From assembly GCA_963741955.1 (NCBI GenBank), contig CAVUKB010000010.1, positions 288,001 through 352,000 on the forward strand: 64,000 bases of DNA. The letters run 5' to 3'. The notes beneath the pieces were generated by a model. That model was not told the DNA's origin, made no database searches, and was given only the letters and a program-made list of their open reading frames with translations. The first letter of the stretch is position 1, and every line of letters begins with the position of its first letter. The DNA comes from an uncultured Acidobacteriota bacterium. GTDB lineage: Bacteria > Acidobacteriota > Thermoanaerobaculia > Gp7-AA8. Below, in pieces: positions 9,634 through 18,149 of the stretch. Position numbers and translations under genes: made by a program.

Positions 9634-10029
9634 ATGAGACGAAGTGTCGTTCTGCAGCTGTTCCTGGTCGTGGCTCTCTGTTGCAGCACCACGGCAGCGT
9701 TTGCCCATCACGGTCCCGTCACCATCACCATCGACGAGGCGCAGAAGAAGATGGCGCCGGTGACGTTCCCGCATGGTGAGCATGGCGAGAAGCTCGCGCC
9801 CAGCTGCGACACCTGCCATCACATGAACAAGGGCCTGAAGGCGGGAGACGATCTGTCGAAGGTCAAGAAGTGCTCCGCCTGTCACCTCGATCCGAAGTCG
9901 CCGAACATCCCCAGCATGCGCGAGATGAGCATGACCAAGAATCCCTTTCACATCCGCTGCATCAGCTGCCACAAGGAAAAGGGCGGAGATGCACCGACGA
10001 AGTGCACCGGGTGCCATAAGAAGCAGTGA
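9634..10029 (+). CDS. Periplasmic tetraheme class III cytochrome c (cytochrome c3-like)
   Basis: Signal peptide ending AFA. PVTFPHGEH motif and CDTCHH, CSACH, CISCH, CTGCH. Confidence 0.88.
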   Translation: MRRSVVLQLFLVVALCCSTTAAFAHHGPVTITIDEAQKKMAPVTFPHGEHGEKLAPSCDTCHHMNKGLKAGDDLSKVKKCSACHLDPKSPNIPSMREMSMTKNPFHIRCISCHKEKGGDAPTKCTGCHKKQ

Positions 10030-10216
10030 GGGAGACGAGAGGCGAGAGACGAGAGGCGAGAGGCGAGGCAGAGGCTCGGGAGTGGGGACTTGGGGTTCGT
10101 GCGCTCGGAACCCGAATCGATATTGCTCACCTGATCCAGCGAGGACTCAGCTCGCCTTTCTCGCCGCTCACATCTCGTCCCTCGCCTTGCCTTGAGCCTC
10201 GACCCTCGAGCTCCCC

Positions 10217-10342
10217 TCACTCCTTCTCGCGGATCGCGCGTACCAGCTCGTCCTTCTTCATGCTGCTGCGGCCTTCGATATTCAGCTGCGAGGCGCGGTT
10301 GCGAAGCTCGTCGACGGTTCGATCATCGAGGCTGTGGCTCGG
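10217..10342 (-). pseudogene. Start-less Rho_N-like fragment PSHSLDDRTVDELRNRASQLNIEGRSSMKKDELVRAIREKE
   Basis: Manual translation. No in-frame ATG/GTG/TTG between the fragment and the upstream TAG at 10457-10459. Heptamer repeats lie immediately upstream. Confidence 0.65.
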
Positions 10343-10454
10343 GGCTCGGGACTCGAGGCTCGAGGCTCGGGAGACGATGGGCGAGATTCGAGGGATGAGG
10401 GGCGTGAATCGACAGACGAAACGCGAACTCGATCCGTCACACTCGAGCCCTATC

Positions 10455-10526
10455 CTCTAGCCTCGAGCCTCTAGCCTCTAGCCTCGAGCCTCGAGCCTCG
10501 AGCCTCTAGCCTCTAGCCTCTAGCCT
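10455..10526. repeat. Heptamer tandem repeat (CTCTAGC/CTCGAGC)n
   Basis: About 10 consecutive heptamers overlapping the 3' end of the adjacent minus-strand gene. Confidence 0.85.
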
Positions 10527-11432
10527 CCTCCGTCCCAGCAGCAGATGTGCGACCGAGTGCAGCTCGAGACCGAACGGGAGATATCCGAGGTAGCCGAGCG
10601 CCGGCATCTGGAACAGATACCAGAACTCGACTCCCGGAGTCGTGTAAGTCCAGTAGGGATATGCAAACCAGTTCCACATCTCCCAGAAGAAGCCGCAGGT
10701 CAGCGCGCCGAGTGCGAGCGCGATCGGCGTCGCGTAGTCGCCTTCGCCGAGGTGCTCGAGAAGAGAGCCGCGGTTCGCTCTCCATGCGATCGGATCGACG
10801 AGGAAGAGAAGTGCGAGCCAGGTGAGAGGGTATGCAACGCGAGGGAGGAGGAGGAGAAGCGCCAGCAGGACGATGCCGGTCGTGAACCACGCCCAGCCGG
10901 TCCGAGCGCTGACGCGGAGCGGCGTGCGATGGGCGAAGCGCTCGGTCCAGCGGAACGTCCGCCACAGCTCGCCGGTCTCGAAGACGGCCGGGATCACCGT
11001 GGAGAAGGCGATCGACGCGAGGACGGCGTACGCGAGATCGCTGAAGTATTCGCGTCCGACGTAGTGCCAGTTGCGAGTCCGTAGATTCACCAGCTCGAAG
11101 ATCCACCAGAGTGGGATCGAGGCGATGAAAAGGAGGGCGAAGTACTTTTTCGAGCGGACGAAGATCGAGCTTCCACTGCGGAGGAACACGAGCCCGTCGA
11201 CGGTGAGAATGTATCCGAGCCAGAGAGGGAAGAAGAGCAGGTGCGTCCGGAGTCCCGGAAGGAGCGAGTTGAGCGGCCAGCAGATGGTGACCAGTGCGAG
11301 GCCGGCTCCGAGCTGCAGCGGAAGACGTCGCACGCCGGTTCGCCTCCGGACCCTTTTCGCAGATCGCAGCTCTTCCTCGGCAGCTGGGTTCTCCATGTCA
11401 CTTCCGGAGCTCGGTCGCGTCTCGGGAGTCAC
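10506..11432 (-). CDS. Polytopic membrane protein of unknown function
   Basis: About 8 hydrophobic segments. Internally repeated WW.FE..N...NWHY / FFWEMWN...WTY motifs. GTGA overlap with the upstream response regulator. Confidence 0.8.
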   Translation of the reverse strand: MTPETRPSSGSDMENPAAEEELRSAKRVRRRTGVRRLPLQLGAGLALVTICWPLNSLLPGLRTHLLFFPLWLGYILTVDGLVFLRSGSSIFVRSKKYFALLFIASIPLWWIFELVNLRTRNWHYVGREYFSDLAYAVLASIAFSTVIPAVFETGELWRTFRWTERFAHRTPLRVSARTGWAWFTTGIVLLALLLLLPRVAYPLTWLALLFLVDPIAWRANRGSLLEHLGEGDYATPIALALGALTCGFFWEMWNWFAYPYWTYTTPGVEFWYLFQMPALGYLGYLPFGLELHSVAHLLLGRRRLEARG

Positions 11433-11974
11433 GCCTCCACGGCACGTTTCAGGTAGGCGCCGAGCTCGTGAATGTCGAACGGTTTGTGGATCACGTCCCG
11501 GATCCGGTCGCGGCAGATCCGCTCATCGGTAATTCTCGAGACGGCCGAAAGCACCACCACTCTCGAAAGGAGCTCGGGCTGGTGGAGCCGGAGGTGCTGG
11601 ATGACGTCGAATCCGCTGATGTTCGGCATCATCAGGTCCAGCAGGATCAGGGCATATCCCCTTCCGTTCACCGTGCTGATCTTCTCGATCGCATCTCCTC
11701 CGTCCGTTGCGACGTCGCATGCGAATCCGGCACGTTCGGCGATCTTCGCGACCAGATTGCGGATCGCAGCGTCATCGTCGACGGCGAGGAGCCGTTTGCG
11801 AGGCTCGGTCGTCCCGGGCTGCGCCGCTCCTCGGTTCTCTTCCGGAACCGCGCTCTCACTCGCCGCCTTCCACGGCTTGGTGACCGTGGGACGCTTCGGC
11901 AGGAGGAAGGTCGGGGACTTCGGGAGCGAGAACCTGGGGCGGCGTGGCCCGCGCGAATCGCCGGACTGGACCAT
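11429..11974 (-). CDS. Single-domain response regulator (receiver); start uncertain
   Basis: LAVDDD, LILLDLMMPNISG, VVLSA, IHKPFD. Confidence 0.85.
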   Translation of the reverse strand: MVQSGDSRGPRRPRFSLPKSPTFLLPKRPTVTKPWKAASESAVPEENRGAAQPGTTEPRKRLLAVDDDAAIRNLVAKIAERAGFACDVATDGGDAIEKISTVNGRGYALILLDLMMPNISGFDVIQHLRLHQPELLSRVVVLSAVSRITDERICRDRIRDVIHKPFDIHELGAYLKRAVEA

Positions 11975-12066
11975 GGCTGCATTCTATCGCCGATCGCTCC
12001 GCGGGGGAGAGAGCCGGAGACGGCGGGCCCGGGCGGCGGAAATGTGCATGGCCCGGGAGCCGAACG

Positions 12067-12251
12067 TTAACCCGCATTTCTCACACTATCTCTGCTGCGG
12101 AAACGGATAGCGGCCTGTCTACTACGTTGCGCACATCTTCGGCTCCTCGACATAGTCACCACTATGCCTTCGTCGCCGAAGCTGCGCGCGCCTTGTATCC
12201 AGGCCGTTCTCCGCCCCCTCGCGACGAGACGGTGTGAGAAATGCGGGTTAA
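12067..12251. mobile_element. Complete 185-bp palindromic MITE-like element (family A)
   Basis: Perfect 20-bp terminal inverted repeat TTAACCCGCATTTCTCACAC / GTGTGAGAAATGCGGGTTAA. Internal pairings CGGCCTG/CAGGCCG, CTTCGGC/GCCGAAG, CATAGT/ACTATG. Confidence 0.85.
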
Positions 12252-12406
12252 GGGTCAGGTCTCCATTGATGTCCGAATTGTAATGGAGGACCCCGGTCGG
12301 TCTGCTCGAAATGGATCCTTTTCTGACCCGTTTTCAGCGGCGGACCCGGCACAATCGACAGGTTTGGGGGAATCACTGACCCACGTGACGAGCTGCTTCT
12401 CTTTAG

Positions 12407-12440
12407 AATCAATGACTTAGGCGATGGCTCACGCGTTGCT
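12407..12440 (+). promoter_or_regulatory. Sigma-54 promoter with adjacent IHF site
   Basis: AATCAATGACTTA at 12407-12419 fits WATCAANNNNTTR. TGGCTCACGCGTTGCT at 12425-12440 has exact GG-N10-GC spacing, 70 bp before ATG 12511. Confidence 0.7.
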
Positions 12441-12510
12441 GTGACGAGGCGCCGGTCGTGGCGCGCAGGACGCCTCGCGGCCCTATCAAACAACTTAGAG
12501 AGGGGACCCG

Positions 12511-13383
12511 ATGAAAAAGCTTCTGTCTCTGCTGTTCGTCGCCGCGCTGGCGGCTCCGGTTTTTGCTCAGAGCGCTCCTGAGCTCAACACGTCGAATTCG
12601 CACGCGAAGAAGTTCTACATGCGCGGATACGCGAGGCCGGGTGGAGGTGGATCGGCGAATCTGGTCTACCACTCGGGTGGAACGGTCATCCGGAGTGCTC
12701 ACGTGGTCTACATCTTCTGGGGGCCGAGCTTCCAGGGCTCCGACTCCGGGTACGCCGGAGAGCTGCAGAACTTCCGCGATCAGTTCGGAACCACCAAGGA
12801 GTACAACACCGTCACCCAGTACTACGGCGAGGATCCGGTGAGCGGCTACGGCAACATCGGTACGACGAACCTCAAGGGACAGGCCGACTGGTTCGACGCC
12901 AGCAATCCCCCGGTCCCCGTCACCGACAGCGACGTTCAGAACGAGGTGAAGGCGTACGTGGCGCGGTTCGGTGTCGACTACAATACGGTCTACGAGGTGG
13001 TTCTCCCGAGCAGCACCTTCTCCGCGGACGGCCATTCCGGTTCGTGCGGCGCCACTCATCCTTACCGGCTTGCATACTGCGCCTACCACAGCCACTACAG
13101 CGACTCCAGCGGTAACAACGTGAAGTACTCCATCGAGCCGTTTCCGAGCTGCAGTGGTTGCTCCGTCTCCGGCTGGACCGCAGCTCAGAACCAGGAGCAC
13201 TTCATCACTCACGAGACCCGCGAAGCAGTGACCGACGCCCTCGGCAATGCCTGGTTCGACAGCCAGGGATACGAAGCCGACGACAAGTGCGCGTGGAGCC
13301 CCTCCCCCTTCATCGGCACCGGTGGATACGGGTACCAGTACGAGTGGTCCAACGCCGACAGCGGTTGCGTCAAGACCAAGTAA
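12511..13383 (+). CDS. Secreted protein, bacterial Phi-1/EXORDIUM-like family (possible HE-type metal site)
   Basis: Signal peptide ending VFA. LVYHSGGTVI, YCAYHS, HETREAVTD...WFD..GYEADDKC motifs. Confidence 0.7.
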   Translation: MKKLLSLLFVAALAAPVFAQSAPELNTSNSHAKKFYMRGYARPGGGGSANLVYHSGGTVIRSAHVVYIFWGPSFQGSDSGYAGELQNFRDQFGTTKEYNTVTQYYGEDPVSGYGNIGTTNLKGQADWFDASNPPVPVTDSDVQNEVKAYVARFGVDYNTVYEVVLPSSTFSADGHSGSCGATHPYRLAYCAYHSHYSDSSGNNVKYSIEPFPSCSGCSVSGWTAAQNQEHFITHETREAVTDALGNAWFDSQGYEADDKCAWSPSPFIGTGGYGYQYEWSNADSGCVKTK

Positions 13384-13406
13384 GCGTTCGCGAACCGAAA
13401 CGGGCG

Positions 13407-13439
13407 CGAGCCCCGGAGGCCCTCGGGTTCCGGGGCTCG
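13407..13439 (+). terminator. GC-rich hairpin after the stop codon (possible terminator, no U-tract)
   Basis: CGAGCCCCGGA...TCCGGGGCTCG. Confidence 0.45.
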
Positions 13440-13450
13440 ACTCGTCTCTG

Positions 13451-14812
13451 GAGCGCATCGAGACGATGGCTCTGGCAGAAGCGGAGCCGTTCATCACACT
13501 CTCCTCGGCGCAAAAGCCCAAAGTGAGGTGAAGAGGGGTGCGGATCCTCCGATCCGCCGCGTGACCCGTGTTCAGAGCGCATCGGGGCGATGCCTTTGGC
13601 AGAAGCGGAGCCACTCCTCGGGCGCTCCTGAGGCGCAAAGCGCAAAGTGAAGTGAAGAGGGGTGCGGATCCTCCGATCCGCCGCGTGACCCGCGTTCAGA
13701 GCGCATCGAGACGATGTCTTTGGCAGAAGCGGAGCCGTTCATCGCGCTCCGTGGCCCAAAGCGCGAAGTGAAGTGAAGAGGGGTGCGGATCCTCCGATCC
13801 GCCGCGTGAACCGCGTTCAGGGCGCATCGAGACGATGCCCCTGGCAGAAGCAGAGCGACTCCTCGCTCTCTCCTGAGGCGCAAAGCGCAAAGTGAAGTGA
13901 AGAGGGGTGCGGATCCTCCGATCCGCCGCGTGACCCGTGTTCAGGGCGCATCGGGGCGATGCCTTTGGCAGAAGCAGAGCGACTCCTCGCTCTCTCCTGA
14001 GGCGCAAAGCGCAAAGTGAAGTGAAGAGGGGTGCGGATCCTCCGATCCGCCGCGTGAACCGCGTTCAGGGCGCATCGGGGCGATGCCCCTGGCAGAAGCA
14101 GAGCGACTCCTCGCTCTCTCCTGAGGCGCAAAGCGCAAAGTGAAGTGAAGAGGGGTGCGGATCCTCCGATCCGCCGCGAAAATCGTGTTCAGAGCGCATC
14201 GGGGCGATGCCCTTGGCAGAAGCGGAGCCACTCCTAGGGTGACAGAAGCGAAGCCACTCCTCGCACGAATCGATCCTGTGACGAACGCTTCGCGCGTAAT
14301 CAGAGCACCGGGTAACCTCGGCTTCGAGACGATCTGCGCGGCGGATCAGAGGATCCGCACCTCTCGGCGTGATTGACGAAAATCGTGTTCAGAGCGCATC
14401 GGGGCGATGCCCTTGGCAGAAGCGGAGCCACTCCTCGGGTGACAGAAGCGAAGCCGCTCCTCGCGCGAATCGATCCTGTGACGAACGCTTCGCGCGTAAT
14501 CACGGCACCGGCTAGCCTCGGCTTCGAGACGATCTGCGCGGCGGATCAGAGGATCCGCACTCCTCGGCGTGATTGACGTGATCCGCGTTCAGCGCGCATC
14601 GGGGCGATGCCTGTGGCAGAAGCAGAGCCACTCCGCGGGTGACGGAAGCGAAGCCACTCCTCGCACGAATCGATCCTGTGACGAACGCTTCGCGCGTAAT
14701 CACGGCACCGGCTAACCTCGGCTCCGAGACGATCTGCGCGGCGGATGGATCCGCACCCCTCGGCGTGATTGACGTGAATCGCGTTCAGGGCGCTACCGAT
14801 GCCTCTGGGAGA
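13451..14812. repeat. REP/BIME-like array: six ~124-bp units with forward GGGGTGCGGATCCTCCGATCCGCCGCG, then three 200-bp units with the inverted motif
   Basis: Forward motifs at 13535, 13659, 13780, 13904, 14028 and 14152. Inverted motifs at 14337, 14537 and 14737 (the last has a small deletion). Confidence 0.92.
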
Positions 14813-14814
14813 AG

Positions 14815-15756
14815 CTACGTCCCGTCCTCGGGAAGTACCACATGAAACGTCGTCCCTTCCGCCACACGGCTCTCGACGATGATCTCCCCTCCGTGCCGGG
14901 TCACGATCTGGTGGACGACCGCGAGACCGAGTCCGGTGCCGGACCGCTTGGTCGTGAAGAGCGGCTCGAAGATGCGGGCGAGGTCGCCGGGCTCGATTCC
15001 GAATCCCTGGTCGCGCACCTCCAGGTGCACGAGCTCGTGGGAACGGATCATCAGCCGTTTCGAGACCCAGCGACTGCGAACGCCGGAATGGCACGCCAGG
15101 GTGATCTCTCCGCCCGAGGGCATCGCGTCCTGAGCGTTCAGGATCAGATTCGCGACCACCTGGTGAAGCTGATGCCCGTCGAGTCGCGCCGTGACTTCCT
15201 CCGACCCCGCGTCGATGACGAGGCGGACCCCCTTTCGGAGCCGCGGCCGCATCTCTTCGGTGATCTCCCGCAGGAATTCGCGTATCGCGATCTTCTCGCG
15301 CTGGAGCGGAGCAGGACGCGCGAAGCGGAGAATCTCTCCGGAGATCACCGCTCCTCGATCGAGTGCACGCTCGATCTGCGAGATCGCGCGTTCGAGGGTC
15401 GGGTCTGCATCACAGCGGCGACGGAGGACCTCGACGAACGGCTGGCAGGACATCAGGGTGTTGTTGAACTCGTGGGTGATGGTCGCGGCAAGCGTTCCCA
15501 GGAGCTTCATCCGCTCGTCGCGCTGAACCGTTTCTTCCATGATCCGCGAACGTTCCGCGAAGCGCCGGATCAGGCGGTCGAGGAGTAGGGCGGTGATGGC
15601 GATGAAGAGCCACCCCTTGTACGTCTCGACCAGGAGAAACGTGTGGGCATCGGGGGAGATCCAGCGGGCGGCGGAGTCCGAAAGAAGAATCCAGAGGGCG
15701 CCGAATGCGACGTAAACGACCGCGATCCGCCGGGGAGACTGGAGGACCCTGGTCAT
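14815..15756 (-). CDS. Membrane sensor histidine kinase (2 TM, HisKA, HATPase)
   Basis: [39 protein letters not shown] 15756 (MTRVLQ) chosen over the ORF start. Confidence 0.88.
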   Translation of the reverse strand: MTRVLQSPRRIAVVYVAFGALWILLSDSAARWISPDAHTFLLVETYKGWLFIAITALLLDRLIRRFAERSRIMEETVQRDERMKLLGTLAATITHEFNNTLMSCQPFVEVLRRRCDADPTLERAISQIERALDRGAVISGEILRFARPAPLQREKIAIREFLREITEEMRPRLRKGVRLVIDAGSEEVTARLDGHQLHQVVANLILNAQDAMPSGGEITLACHSGVRSRWVSKRLMIRSHELVHLEVRDQGFGIEPGDLARIFEPLFTTKRSGTGLGLAVVHQIVTRHGGEIIVESRVAEGTTFHVVLPEDGT

Positions 15757-15856
15757 ACTCCGGCCCGGCCCGCCGGCCCCCTCCACCCCGCGAGCGGGCG
15801 TGACGGCAACCGGGTTGCGGCTGCCGCCACGTGCTCGAGCCGGCACGGAGGCCGGC

Positions 15857-16084
15857 TTACGGGATCGGAACCGCAATCACATCGCCGCAGATCCGGAGGA
15901 CGGTCACGACCGTCTGCAGGGCGTGCGGCAGCCACGCGCCGATGCCGGGTGCGAATGAGGACGCTCCATCCTGCATCGGCTCCATGATCCGGGCCGCAGC
16001 GAACGTCGCCGGGGTGAGTACGAAGAGATAGAGACTGATCAGCCACGCGAAGACCGTAGTCGACGATTTGAATACACGCTTCAT
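15857..16084 (-). CDS. 75-aa secreted pro-peptide-like protein, C-terminus GDVIAVPIP
   Basis: AAGGAGGG RBS. MKRVFK n-region, hydrophobic h-region, TFA/AAA signal peptidase site, amphipathic helix and Pro-rich tail. Confidence 0.75.
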   Translation of the reverse strand: MKRVFKSSTTVFAWLISLYLFVLTPATFAAARIMEPMQDGASSFAPGIGAWLPHALQTVVTVLRICGDVIAVPIP

Positions 16085-16140
16085 GATTCCCTCCTTCTGT
16101 CCGGCTTCTGGCCGGCGGTTGGGAGGGCGCCCTCAACAGG

Positions 16141-16182
16141 GGAGTTCCTTCAGGAAGGCATTTCGGTACCCAGGGTATGAAA
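16141..16182 (-). promoter_or_regulatory. Putative ECF-type promoter motif upstream of the pro-peptide gene
   Basis: TTTCATACCCTGGGTACCGAAATGCCTTCCTGAAGGAACTCC is 30/42 identical, ungapped, to 18150..18191 on the + strand. Confidence 0.55.
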
Positions 16183-16320
16183 AAAAGTTTTTCGACCGCC
16201 TGGCCTCGGCGGCAGCGGCCGGCCAGAAAGGGCGGAAGGGGGCGGGATGGAGTGGACGAGAAGGGGGGAGCGGTCAGCCCCTGTTCGGAGCTGCAGTGAA
16301 GGTTCAGCGCGGACTTTCAG

Positions 16321-17574
16321 CTAGACGCGGGCCCAGAGACGCTGAGGCTCGTGGTGGAGATGGCTCAGGTCGATCCGGACCTTCTCGACGATCTCGTGGG
16401 AGACCGTCTTGGCGGCGACGGCGTCCCGGAGGAACGCCAGGGCCGCGATGGCCCGGTTGTTCATCCCCGCGGCGGTGAACGTCTCGACGAGTGCGGACGC
16501 GAGTCGCTCCGCTTCGTTCCAGCGGGCAGTGGCGAGGCAGGCTTCGACGATATCGAGCCCGCAGAGGCCGGCTTCCTCGAGCATCCCCGCTTCTTCGAGC
16601 GACTGGCGCACCAGGCCGAGCGAGCCGATCGCGAGCTCGTAATCATTCCGGCGGAGATAGAGCTGCGCGAGTCCCCACCGCGCGCGAAGTTTGTCGGTCA
16701 GATTGCCAGCCTCATCGTATGCCGAGATGGCTCGGACGAAGAGTGACGCGGCCTCGCCGAACTTCCCGATTTCAGCGCTGCACTGGGCGAGATTGCTCAG
16801 AAGGATTCCGACGTGCGCGAGGTCGGGCTCAGTTTCCGCGGCCTCCAGCAATCCCATCCACGTTTGTTGTGCTTTTCCCATGTCGCCGCGCCGGAATGCG
16901 ATGGCGCCCCGGAACATCGCGGCTTCCGTGGCTCGCTTCCGGTCGCCGTAGCGCTGAAAAACGTTCTCGGCCTCGTCGAGGAGTCGCTCCGCCTGGTCGA
17001 GCCGGTCGATCTCCCGAAGAACCACCGCGCGGGCGAAGGCGATGACCGCGAGCCCGTAGTCGCTGGTCACCGTCTCCTCGTAGTACGTCTCTGCGCAATC
17101 GAGCGCGTCGAGCGCGTCGGAGTAGCGGGCGAGGAAACGGAAGGCATGGGACCGGAGTTTCCACGTTTCACCGCGCAACTCGAGCCGGACCAGGTCCGGT
17201 TCACCTTCCGGGAGGTGCTGGATCAGATCGAGTGCGATCTCGGTCTGCCGGAGCGACTCGGATGGAGATTCAGTGAGATTGCGCCGGATCTCGGCGAGGA
17301 GTCCGCGGACGAGTCCCACGCTGCTCCGGTCGCGGTCGAAACGTTCCGGATGCCTCAGCAGATCGCTGAGTGCGACGCGGGCCTCACTCTCTTCCGGGTC
17401 GATCTTCGCCGTGAAACGGGTGAACGCCTCCTGCAGCGCAGCCCTGCGTCGCGCGGTCTGCACCCGCTCCCGGCACGGATCGCACCACTCGACATGCTCG
17501 GGCAGATCCCGGTGGGGAGCCGTCTCCAATCCGTCCAGGATCTCCACGTCGCTGAGATGTTCGATTGTCGTCAT
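16321..17574 (-). CDS. Soluble TPR-repeat protein with N-terminal Zn-finger anti-sigma (ZAS) motif
   Basis: EHLSD...EHVEWCDPC fits H-xn-HxxxCxxC, followed by multiple TPR-like helical repeats. No TM segment or signal. Directly downstream of the ECF gene. Alternative start 17592. Confidence 0.82.
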   Translation of the reverse strand: MTTIEHLSDVEILDGLETAPHRDLPEHVEWCDPCRERVQTARRRAALQEAFTRFTAKIDPEESEARVALSDLLRHPERFDRDRSSVGLVRGLLAEIRRNLTESPSESLRQTEIALDLIQHLPEGEPDLVRLELRGETWKLRSHAFRFLARYSDALDALDCAETYYEETVTSDYGLAVIAFARAVVLREIDRLDQAERLLDEAENVFQRYGDRKRATEAAMFRGAIAFRRGDMGKAQQTWMGLLEAAETEPDLAHVGILLSNLAQCSAEIGKFGEAASLFVRAISAYDEAGNLTDKLRARWGLAQLYLRRNDYELAIGSLGLVRQSLEEAGMLEEAGLCGLDIVEACLATARWNEAERLASALVETFTAAGMNNRAIAALAFLRDAVAAKTVSHEIVEKVRIDLSHLHHEPQRLWARV

Positions 17575-17581
17575 TGTCGTT

Positions 17582-18076
17582 TCACCCGCCATGTGCCCGC
17601 TGCAATCCGATCCGCACCAATTTCTTGGCGTAGCCCGGAGTCGTCCCGAGAACCTGTGCGATCTCCTCTATCGTACATCCTTCGAGATAGTGGAGACGAA
17701 GGGCTTCTCCGTACTTTCCGCTGGCCTGATCCAGCGCTTCGCGTACGGCGACCCGGTTGTCGAGCACGTCCGCGGAAACCGGACACGGCATCTCCTGGTA
17801 ATCTTCAGGAAGCGTCTCGAGCCGGCCCTGGGAGCGCCAGTACTTTCGACTCGCGTTGCACGCCGCACCGATCAGCCACGCTCGAGCGTCACCGATCTCG
17901 CCGACGGACATCGCATACGACATCAGGACTTCCTGGACCAGGACCTCGGCGTCCATGGTCGGAATCCGGAACTTCCGTTCACAGACCGCGACCAGTGCAT
18001 CGAAGTACTCGAGATACACCGATTCCCAAAGGTCTTCTCGGCTCGCCGATTCGGGGAGTGTCGTTACCGTCGCCAT
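17582..18076 (-). CDS. ECF sigma-70 family factor
   Basis: Region 2: DAEVLVQEV...RAWLIGAACNASRKYWR. Region 4: LRLHYLEGCTIEEIAQVLGTT. Confidence 0.88.
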   Translation of the reverse strand: MATVTTLPESASREDLWESVYLEYFDALVAVCERKFRIPTMDAEVLVQEVLMSYAMSVGEIGDARAWLIGAACNASRKYWRSQGRLETLPEDYQEMPCPVSADVLDNRVAVREALDQASGKYGEALRLHYLEGCTIEEIAQVLGTTPGYAKKLVRIGLQRAHGG

Positions 18077-18149
18077 GCATCTCGTCCGGGTCTGCTTTGG
18101 CAGAGCTTAGCACTCCCGGTCTACTGCCGTAATTCTTTCCCGAAACGAA

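Noticed and set aside
13451-14812. CRISPR array
   Set aside because: Inter-repeat segments are near-identical and about 95-175 bp long, orientation flips mid-array, and no cas genes are present.
13370-14845. Multiple 60-105-aa ORFs in the repeat array (also 4341-4759)
   Set aside because: They are translations of repeats whose periods are not multiples of 3, with no RBS or domain.
18097-18113. Sigma-54 promoter TTGGCAGAGCTTAGCAC near the ECF gene
   Set aside because: GG-to-GC spacing is 9 rather than the required 10.
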